Of a stretch of 64,000 bases of DNA, positions 57,556 to 64,000 are shown piece after piece. How positions within the stretch are numbered: the first letter of the stretch is position 1; the number at the start of each line of letters is the position of its first letter. Origin of the DNA: an uncultured Gammaproteobacteria bacterium (GTDB lineage: Bacteria; Patescibacteriota; Microgenomatia; Levybacterales; UBA12049); NCBI GenBank assembly GCA_964408485.1, contig CAYOZJ010000001.1, positions 92,366 through 156,365 of the forward strand. Direction: 5' to 3'. The position numbers and the translations under genes were made by a program. Below the pieces are notes generated by a model that was not told where the DNA came from, did not search any database, and saw only the letters and a program-made list of their open reading frames with translations.

Positions 57556-58451
57556 ATTGCCTCTGCTAACAGTGACGCTACAGATAAAACAGTGAGTTTG
57601 GAAAACAACTTTTCCTTAGGTAAAACAACCGTGTCTGTTACAAAAACACTAGAGATAAAAGACTTTTCAAGAGCGCTTGGTGCATCTTCGGAAAAGATTG
57701 CATGCGTTGCCATAACAATTACTTCTGTTATACCATGGCTTTTAAGAAAATCACTGCCTAAGATAATTGTCTTACCTGATGAAATAAGGTCATCCACCAT
57801 AATTGCCCGTTTTTTACCTTTAATTGACCCTTCTTTAACACCTGTTATTTTTACTTCCCCTGTTTCTAGATCCCTATCCTTTTCCAAGGCAACATATGGC
57901 ATATCATCTAAAAGCTCTGAAAGTTTTTTGATTCTGGCTATGCCTCCCATGTCTGGAGAAACAAGCACCGTATCTTCGGTATTCCAATTATTTTTTCTTA
58001 TTTCCTCAGCAAAAAGAGGCAGAGCACTCACATGCTTAACTGGAATATGAAAAAGGCTAGGAATTCTAATAGAATGCATATCCACACTAACCAACTTGTC
58101 TATTCCTAAATTTTCTAATATGCGGATAACTACTTCCAACGATACTGCTTCCCCATCTCGAAAAATATGGTCTTGTCTCTGGTATCCAAAATACGGGACA
58201 ACTGCAGTAACAAACTCTGCACCGCTGCGCTTTAGCGCGTCTATAAGGAAGAATAATTCCATATAGTTAGTATCAACAGGAGGATATGCAGACTGAACCA
58301 CCACGACAGAATCACTAACAACTGCTTCATTTACCCTAACTCGCCTTTCCCCATCTGGGAAAATATGTTGGTCAACTGGTAACTCCTTTACACCTAAAAC
58401 CTTACCCATTTTCTGGGCTAAGTCCTGACTTGCTGTGCCACCAAAGAGTTT
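57543..58451 (-). CDS. prs: Ribose-phosphate pyrophosphokinase
   Basis: MKLFGGTASQDLAQKMGK N-terminus and a PRPP-binding loop (MVDDLISSGKT). Start trimmed to MKLF. Confidence 0.9.
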   Translation of the reverse strand, partial: KLFGGTASQDLAQKMGKVLGVKELPVDQHIFPDGERRVRVNEAVVSDSVVVVQSAYPPVDTNYMELFFLIDALKRSGAEFVTAVVPYFGYQRQDHIFRDGEAVSLEVVIRILENLGIDKLVSVDMHSIRIPSLFHIPVKHVSALPLFAEEIRKNNWNTEDTVLVSPDMGGIARIKKLSELLDDMPYVALEKDRDLETGEVKITGVKEGSIKGKKRAIMVDDLISSGKTIILGSDFLKSHGITEVIVMATHAIFSEDAPSALEKSFISSVFVTDTVVLPKEKLFSKLTVLSVASLLAEAIQLT

Positions 58452-58533
58452 CATATGTAAAACAAATTTCCTTCGACGCACTACGTTTGCTCAGGAAAAA
58501 TTTATCCCTGAGCGAAGTCGAAGGGTCTCCAAT

Positions 58534-58815
58534 TTACTGTCCTCCCATAAGGCCTCCTAAGCCTCCTCCCATTTGAGAAAGTTTTTTGGCTGCGATTTCT
58601 TGAGATTTTTTAATTGCTTCATTGATACAATCTTTAACATCGTTGTCAGACCTACCATTGGTATTAATACTTACAACTTTCTGGTCTCCTGTCATAACAA
58701 CAGTAACTCCTGATTTTTCAACGGTTATTTGCTCAGCTTGCAACGCTTTTTGAATTTGCATTGCCTGATCTCGCATTTTCTTTAAATCTCCTAATTGTTG
58801 AAATGGATTTAACAT
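58534..58815 (-). CDS. ybaB: Nucleoid-associated protein YbaB/EbfC
   Basis: 93 aa with the conserved YbaB core and a Gly-rich C-terminus. Sits in the canonical dnaX-ybaB-recR order. Confidence 0.85.
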   Translation of the reverse strand: MLNPFQQLGDLKKMRDQAMQIQKALQAEQITVEKSGVTVVMTGDQKVVSINTNGRSDNDVKDCINEAIKKSQEIAAKKLSQMGGGLGGLMGGQ

Positions 58816-58956
58816 ATATCTTACATCACCCCACCTTCTGTTTTAAATGTCATTCTAAATTTTATTCAAAATCTATTCAAAAAATATATTGCTACATTGC
58901 TAAATTGCTAAATGACTAAAGACAACAATTTAATAATTTAAGAATATAACAATTAT

Positions 58957-60453
58957 TTACTTCTTTAATTCTACCACCACACGAAGCTGTTTGCCAGTTA
59001 TCTCCCGTACTACTTTTTCTAGAATCTCAACTATTTGTGCTTCTCCAAGTTTTTCTTTATGAAATGCGTATGCTGTCTGGAGTACCAACTGAGTATCGGT
59101 AAGAGATTTTACCGTGCAACCTCTGAGTACTCCTGCAACAGAATGATTGTAAGGCTTTACCTTATAAATAAGATTCTCAAGCAAAACGCTCGTATCTTTA
59201 ATATCTTTTGGTAAATCTGTTTGAGTACTTGTTGACTCCTCCTTTTTGGGAGCAACCGGCTTTACACCGCTTAATACTTGCTTTACTTTAAGATTCTGCT
59301 CTTTTTTAAGCATGTCTTTCATGGTATTCCGGTCATTGTGAGGAGCTAAAGGCGACGCGGCAATCTCTTTATCCGTATTAGATTGCTTCGTTTCACTCGC
59401 AATGACAGCGCCTTGCTGACACCACACAACCACAGCTAATTCTAAAGGAAGGGATGGAATAGGGGCATATTTGGTACCTTGATACGCCTCCTCAAATAAG
59501 GGAATGAGTATTTGCATATCTGAAAGAGAAATTTTTATATCGCCCGTGCTATTTGTATTTCCTATTTCCCTTAGTAGTCTCTTATGCAAGTCTGACAAAA
59601 TTTGATAGAGGAAGAATTTTACATCTGTTCCTTCTTCAACAACTTGACTGACTACCTGAAGCGTAGCCTTTGCATCTTTTTTAAGAAAGTTTTCCATAAA
59701 ATCATGAAGATGAGGAAGAATATTCGTTGTTTTAAATGAAGTTTCAAAAACCTCTTTCGTAATCTTTTTTCCATTTGATAATGCAACAACTTCTTCTAAA
59801 ATTTTGGTTGTATCTCTGTATCCCCCATCTCCCATTTCTGCTATTAACCCAAGCGCTTCATCATCTATATCTATTTTTTCCTCTTTTACAATTCTTTTTA
59901 ATGCATGAGTTAGCTCTTCTTTGCTTGCTCTATTTAGAGAAATATGAAAACATCTGGAGATAATGGTTGCGGGGACTTTTTGCGGCTCTGTTGTTGCAAA
60001 AATAAAAACCACATGTGCTGGGGGCTCTTCAATTGTCTTAAGAAGTGCATTAAATGCTTCGTTGGTAAGCATATGCACTTCATCGATAATATAAACTTTT
60101 TTCCGACTAGCGCTTGGTGCTAGATTAACCCGTTCGCGAAGCTCTCTAATTTCATCGATGCCTCTATTGGATGCACCGTCAATTTCCAAAACATCAATGT
60201 TTGATCCATTGGTAATACTTACACATTGGTCACACTCATTACATGGTTCTATACCGTTACGCTTAGAACTTGTACAGTTGAGGACTTTGGCAATGATTCT
60301 GGCAGTTGATGTCTTCCCAAGTCCCTTGGGACCGGTAAATAGAAAGGCATGAGGGATTTCTTTTTGAGACAAAACTGCTGTTAGGGTCTCTCTGAGCTTT
60401 GGACTATCTAACTCTGCAATTGTTTGGGGACGGTATTTTCTGTAGTAAACCAT
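58957..60453 (-). CDS. dnaX: DNA polymerase III subunit gamma/tau, carrying an in-frame repeat insert
   Basis: AAA+ Walker A GPKGLGKTS, zinc module CNECDQC, SRC/sensor motifs. Insert VIASETKQSNTDKEIAASPLAPHNDRN between domain III and the C-terminus. Confidence 0.92.
   Translation of the reverse strand: MVYYRKYRPQTIAELDSPKLRETLTAVLSQKEIPHAFLFTGPKGLGKTSTARIIAKVLNCTSSKRNGIEPCNECDQCVSITNGSNIDVLEIDGASNRGIDEIRELRERVNLAPSASRKKVYIIDEVHMLTNEAFNALLKTIEEPPAHVVFIFATTEPQKVPATIISRCFHISLNRASKEELTHALKRIVKEEKIDIDDEALGLIAEMGDGGYRDTTKILEEVVALSNGKKITKEVFETSFKTTNILPHLHDFMENFLKKDAKATLQVVSQVVEEGTDVKFFLYQILSDLHKRLLREIGNTNSTGDIKISLSDMQILIPLFEEAYQGTKYAPIPSLPLELAVVVWCQQGAVIASETKQSNTDKEIAASPLAPHNDRNTMKDMLKKEQNLKVKQVLSGVKPVAPKKEESTSTQTDLPKDIKDTSVLLENLIYKVKPYNHSVAGVLRGCTVKSLTDTQLVLQTAYAFHKEKLGEAQIVEILEKVVREITGKQLRVVVELKK
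59332..59406. repeat. 75-bp palindromic element in-frame within dnaX
   Basis: TIR GTCATTGTGAG/CTCGCAATGAC. About 90% identical to the nadE and nadD copies. Confidence 0.85.
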
Positions 60454-60682
60454 AGTAATTTGTCATTCTGGGTTTTTCATTTTGTCATCCCGGACTTGAT
60501 CCGGGATCCACTCCTTTTTCTGGATTCCTGCTTTCGCAGGAATGACGCTTAATGAGATCCTTCACTCGACTCAGTATTTGCTTCACCGAAACGGCACACT
60601 TCGTTCAGGATGACAGAGACGAAGCATGATTTAGGATACTACAAAAGGAGGGGTATTAAAAGATTGCAAAGTGTATCGAAAA
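60454..60682. repeat. Cluster of at least four hairpin/MITE-like repeat units upstream of dnaX
   Basis: TTGTCATTCTGGG; TTGTCATCCCGGACTTGATCCGGGAT hairpin; ATTCCTGCTTTCGCAGGAATGAC hairpin; GAGATCCTTC...TTCAGGATGACAGAGACGAAG hairpin. Confidence 0.65.
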
Positions 60683-60994
60683 TTAGGTTCTCGGGGAATT
60701 AGGTCTTTGTCTTGAGCCAGAAGTTCGTCTTTTTGGTCTTGCTGCATCATATCCCCTAGCAATAGCCGCATCTACAGCAGCAACATCAAATGGTTGACCA
60801 GCATCTTGATATGCGGCCTCTGCTGCATATCGTGCTTCCCAAAGGCGCTTTGAACTTTCAACTGCTTCCTGACCCGCTCTCCGAGCAGCAGGCGTATTTC
60901 TTATCCCAACCTTGTTAAATCTTCTATGCCATCTTTCTGAAGCTTCCGCAGCTTCCGTGAGTCTTTCTAATGCGCCTTCAACCATAGAATGCAC
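60683..60994 (-). CDS. Ala/Arg-rich small hypothetical protein, 103 aa
   Basis: ORF in an operon-like array downstream of ybeY. Confidence 0.35.
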   Translation of the reverse strand: MHSMVEGALERLTEAAEASERWHRRFNKVGIRNTPAARRAGQEAVESSKRLWEARYAAEAAYQDAGQPFDVAAVDAAIARGYDAARPKRRTSGSRQRPNSPRT

Positions 60995-61039
60995 TATAAC
61001 AGATTTTTATGGGATGTCAAGAAAAAAAGCGTAACGGAG

Positions 61040-61255
61040 TTAATGAAGAGTAGCATTTCTCGCCCGAGCACGTGCCTGATGTACTCTACTATGTGCAACT
61101 TCGACGGGAACACCTTCTCTTTCCACGTTCGCAAATGCACTATGAAATGTTATCTTTGCTAAAGAATGACCAGGTCCTTTCGGTTTCCAGCCTACTGCTG
61201 CATTTTCTAATTTTCCCAATGCCTCTTCCTGTTCGGGACTTAGTTCAAAATTCAT
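61040..61255 (-). CDS. Small hypothetical protein, 71 aa
   Basis: ORF only. Confidence 0.3.
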   Translation of the reverse strand: MNFELSPEQEEALGKLENAAVGWKPKGPGHSLAKITFHSAFANVEREGVPVEVAHSRVHQARARARNATLH

Positions 61256-61301
61256 ACCGGATTATTATATAACTCTTACATGAGGTTTCAAGAGGAATCT
61301 T

Positions 61302-61595
61302 TTATACCACGTTTTTGAGTAACGATGTGTATCTTCTTTTCCACTCTGTATATTCTTTCTGCGCAGTGATTCCTGAATACATCCACTCCCTTGCTACACC
61401 CACCGGAATAACACCAATATCAACCTTTCTTTGGAGAGCTTGCTGTCTATTTCTCATTATAGCGTTGTGATGCTTTCTTAAGGGGTCAGAGGTGGGCATT
61501 TCACGCGTTTGCTCCCAATGTCTACCAAACTCAAATGCTTCGCGTTGAAGTTGAGAACCTATTTCGTAAGCCAATAATCTATAATTTGCTACCAT
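61302..61595 (-). CDS. Small hypothetical protein, 97 aa, start overlapping the ybeY stop
   Basis: 4-nt overlap with ybeY suggests translational coupling. Confidence 0.4.
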   Translation of the reverse strand: MVANYRLLAYEIGSQLQREAFEFGRHWEQTREMPTSDPLRKHHNAIMRNRQQALQRKVDIGVIPVGVAREWMYSGITAQKEYTEWKRRYTSLLKNVV

Positions 61596-61598
61596 AAG

Positions 61599-61985
61599 TT
61601 ATTCGTGGTGGATTCCAAGAAGATGATTCATACCATGCTCAACAAGCATATCCATGCGGTCGTCTACTAATTCTTCTTCCCTTGCTGCTTCGGTAATAAG
61701 CACAGGATACGAAATAACAATGTCACCTAAGCGTAATTTGTCTGTTGGCAGCACTGTTGCCTCACCTTCTGAGAGAGAAAAGCTAAGAATATTTCGCGTT
61801 TTATCCTCGCCTTTGTATTTACGGGACAATTCACGCATTTTGCGATCTCCAACAATGGCAAGAGATACTTCAACCGGTCCTGAGACATTTTGCTCACGAA
61901 TTACCTTTTCAACGGCTTTTTTAATGCGCTTGCGATTGACTTTGTATCTACTTTCTACAAAAAGTAAGACAGTGACGTCATTCAT
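61599..61985 (-). CDS. ybeY: Endoribonuclease YbeY (rRNA maturation factor)
   Basis: C-terminal H..H.....H zinc motif HGMNHLLGIHHE. Start overlaps the rpsU stop. Confidence 0.7.
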   Translation of the reverse strand: MNDVTVLLFVESRYKVNRKRIKKAVEKVIREQNVSGPVEVSLAIVGDRKMRELSRKYKGEDKTRNILSFSLSEGEATVLPTDKLRLGDIVISYPVLITEAAREEELVDDRMDMLVEHGMNHLLGIHHE

Positions 61986-62188
61986 TATATTGTTGGTTGC
62001 AGGGATCTTTTCAGAAGTCTGGCTTTTCTTTTATCTTGCTTCTTCTGGGCACGAGCCGCAGATGGCTTTAGGTAAAATTGGCGTCTTTTTGCTTCCTGAA
62101 CAATACCGGCATCTTGTACTTTTCTGGTAAAATCGCGAATAACTTTGTCATCGCTATCACCTGGTTTTTTCTTAACAATTAATGTCAT
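61985..62188 (-). CDS. rpsU: 30S ribosomal protein S21
   Basis: MTLIVKKKPGDSDDKVIRDFTRKVQDAGIV..KRRQFYLKPS...RKAR resembles S21. Start trimmed to MTLIV. Confidence 0.8.
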   Translation of the reverse strand: MTLIVKKKPGDSDDKVIRDFTRKVQDAGIVQEAKRRQFYLKPSAARAQKKQDKRKARLLKRSLQPTI

Positions 62189-62371
62189 AAATATTACACC
62201 TCCCCCGTTAGATAGTCCCGTTAGGACATCTAACGGGGCCACATGAGATGTCTCAAGACTATCTCATTGTGGCTAAAATCTATCCTTTTTGAAGCTTGAA
62301 TTGCCTTATTATAGCATATGAATGTGGAAAACTAAACGTTCTTAACGCTTGACGCTTTACCCTTTGCGCTT

Positions 62372-62695
62372 TTATACTGCTTTTCCCATTGGTCCCATTA
62401 AATGGACATGAAAATGATCGATTTGCTGTCCCCCTCCACCATTTGTTGAAAGCCTAAATCCTGTCTCAACAAGATTAAATTCTCTTACCATGTTTTGGGC
62501 AACCTCACGGATTTTGTTCCAAATCATTTCCTCATCCAATGCTAAAAGATCGATAAAATGCTTTTTGGGGACAATAAGTAAATGTGTTGGCTTAAGTGGA
62601 TGAGTATCTGGGAAAACCATAATATCCTCGTCTTCGTAGGTAAAATCTTTTGGTTCTATGTGGTTGGCTATTTTGCAAAAAATACAGTCATCCAT
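62372..62695 (-). CDS. HIT family (histidine triad) hydrolase
   Basis: C-terminal HFHVHLMGP histidine-triad motif. Confidence 0.85.
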   Translation of the reverse strand: MDDCIFCKIANHIEPKDFTYEDEDIMVFPDTHPLKPTHLLIVPKKHFIDLLALDEEMIWNKIREVAQNMVREFNLVETGFRLSTNGGGGQQIDHFHVHLMGPMGKAV

Positions 62696-62816
62696 AAGTA
62701 ATTTTTCCCTTTTTCTCTCCTTCTCCTTTCAGGAGAAGGTTGGGATGAGGTTCGCTGATTTTCTGCTCCTCAACCTCACCCTGGCCCTCTCCTCGCAGGA
62801 GAGGGAAATAATATGG
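62696..62816. repeat. Paired intergenic hairpin repeats
   Basis: CTCCTTCTCCTTTCAGGAGAAGG and CCCTCTCCTCGCAGGAGAGGG, related to the CGCAGG-loop hairpins in ychF and at 60520. Confidence 0.5.
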
Positions 62817-63770
62817 TCAAGTCTTTTCCAAGACTTTTACGATTTCGTCTAGACTCAATCGTGTTGGAACCATTTTGGGATTTTTTGGTGTACCATTTAA
62901 AAGCATTTTATTAGACACGTGTAAAAACCATGTTGCCTCAGGATCCATTTTTTCAAGCTGATCTCTTACTAAAGACAAATTAATATCAGGGACATTGTCA
63001 AACAAATGAGATCCTTCGCTTCGCTCAGGATGACGAGGGGGTGCGGGCACTGCTTTTATACGCACATACCCTTTTCGTGGATCGCGTCTTATAACCACTA
63101 CATATCCCATCTTTTGCGCAAGCTTAATAACGCTATCGTTAATTGTTTCTAGCGCAAGTCCTTTTCCCCATTTTGTTGTAAATTCTCTGCCTTTGTCTAT
63201 TTCTTTCTCTGCCCAAATGCGACTTTCAAATCTCTTAAGCATTGCGTCTAAAATCTCCATTCCCCAGCTTACAAAAAATTCGTCATTATCTGGATGGAGT
63301 CCTTTCATTCCCTCTAGAATTCCATATAGACTAAATTCATGAATATCAGATCCTGCATCTGGCCAAAAAATCTCCTGAAAATGATCAAGACTTACAATAT
63401 AACTAACAATGCGCTCCATGGCAGCAATTTTATCTTCTCTTTTGCCATCTGACGTTGTTGCGTGAAGCGCTGGATTTTCTTTAACAACATACTCCCAGCA
63501 TCTACTTGTACTGCAAATATTGGTGTCATAAATTTGATGATGATCAAGAGGTGTAAGACCAGTATCGACGTGGATTATTTTGGTATCGTCTGACTCAACA
63601 ATGATTTGTGTATCTGCTTCTTTTTCTTTTCGCAAAACTCGTGGACTTCTCTGTCCTGCTGGGACAAATTCTACTTTTGCATTATCCCATCCAGGTAAAA
63701 ATCTTTTAAGAATCCAGACCGATCCAATGGCATCCCAATCAGGAGATGCGTGTGCAATGATAACGTGCAT
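62817..63770 (-). CDS. DHH family phosphoesterase (NrnA-like nanoRNase/pAp phosphatase), with an in-frame short repeat insert
   Basis: Motif I HASPDWDAIGS and motif III IIHVDTGLTPLDHH. The repeat GAGATCCTTCGCTTCGCTCAGGATGAC (63003-63032) encodes PERSEGS inside the ORF. Confidence 0.75.
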   Translation of the reverse strand: MHVIIAHASPDWDAIGSVWILKRFLPGWDNAKVEFVPAGQRSPRVLRKEKEADTQIIVESDDTKIIHVDTGLTPLDHHQIYDTNICSTSRCWEYVVKENPALHATTSDGKREDKIAAMERIVSYIVSLDHFQEIFWPDAGSDIHEFSLYGILEGMKGLHPDNDEFFVSWGMEILDAMLKRFESRIWAEKEIDKGREFTTKWGKGLALETINDSVIKLAQKMGYVVVIRRDPRKGYVRIKAVPAPPRHPERSEGSHLFDNVPDINLSLVRDQLEKMDPEATWFLHVSNKMLLNGTPKNPKMVPTRLSLDEIVKVLEKT

Positions 63771-63822
63771 AGAGGTAGTATAGCGATTTTAGAAATGAAT
63801 TAAAAGACAATACGTAAAATTA

Positions 63823-64000
63823 TCAAGAAGAACGCTGTGGTGTCTGAGGTTGTACTTTTGAATTGGGTTGAACTTTTCTCATAGCTCGTTTTCTATTTCT
63901 TCTATGTTGGTCTATTTCATCTATTCTTTCCCCAAAATCCTGCATTTGCTCTATATCACCTCTTAACGTAGGTTCGGGTCCTGCAACAGGATACAAACGC
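63823..64000 (-). CDS. Partial CDS (C-terminal end) of a hypothetical protein running off the window end
   Basis: Minus-strand frame ...GDIEQMQDFGERIDEIDQHRRNRKRAMRKVQPNSKVQPQTPQRSS* is open to the window edge. Confidence 0.3.
   Translation of the reverse strand, partial: RLYPVAGPEPTLRGDIEQMQDFGERIDEIDQHRRNRKRAMRKVQPNSKVQPQTPQRSS

Noticed and set aside
60454-60682. Possible SRP (4.5S) RNA gene upstream of dnaX, as seen in many bacteria
   Set aside because: I could not find the conserved domain IV sequence (GGUCCGGAAGGAAGCAGCC-like) on either strand. The region is fully accounted for by hairpin repeats with GTCAT/GATGAC termini, so I report it as a repeat nest and leave a covariance-model search to decide.
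54359-62242. Long N-terminal extensions in the ORF-track calls for nadD (to 55093), prs (to 58481), rpsU (to 62242), the GT2 (to 18645), rpmE (from 13028) and the AI-2E gene (from 5147)
   Set aside because: The conserved N-terminal motifs (MKVAIFGG, MKLFGG, MTLIV, MKLSVVIPAYNEE, MKQGIHP) begin at internal ATGs. The extensions would overlap neighbouring genes or promoters.
1-64000. tRNA and rRNA genes, and CRISPR arrays
   Set aside because: I scanned intergenic gaps for T-loop consensus (GTTCGAATC/GTTCAAATC, either strand) and for regularly spaced direct repeats and found none. Every gap of 60 nt or more is accounted for by promoters, terminators or the dispersed repeats.

Overview
This 64-kb window is AT-rich (~38% GC), gene-dense, uses the standard genetic code (UGA behaves as a stop), and looks like a small streamlined bacterial genome. 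It may belong to the CPR/Patescibacteria, but I cannot support that from sequence alone. Core housekeeping genes are recognisable and listed in the features.

The most striking feature is a dense population of short interspersed repeats; every family except the PIKSGP palindrome has terminal inverted repeats. At least six copies sit in-frame inside conserved genes (nadE, nadD, dnaX, ychF, a DHH phosphoesterase, and a palindrome encoding PIKSGP in three unrelated proteins). This resembles the Rickettsia palindromic elements.

Other points:
- A compact two-component-regulated cluster encodes an RnfD/NqrB-like membrane domain fused to an FNR-like FAD/NAD-binding domain, an ApbE flavin transferase and an FMN_bind (NqrC/RnfG-like) protein carrying the SGAT flavinylation motif. 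I read this as a minimal NQR/RNF-like flavinylated redox module.
- A translationally coupled pair of a sarcosine-oxidase-family flavoenzyme and a BHMT-like homocysteine methyltransferase. The latter has an apparent +1 frameshift in a G5 run.
- Many small basic, probably disordered, proteins are expressed from near-consensus sigma70 promoters placed 6-12 nt from the ATG, so the mRNAs are effectively leaderless. Two of these genes are tandem paralogues with duplicated promoters.
- Several operons encode unknown secreted or acidic proteins.

I found no rRNA, tRNA or CRISPR array.
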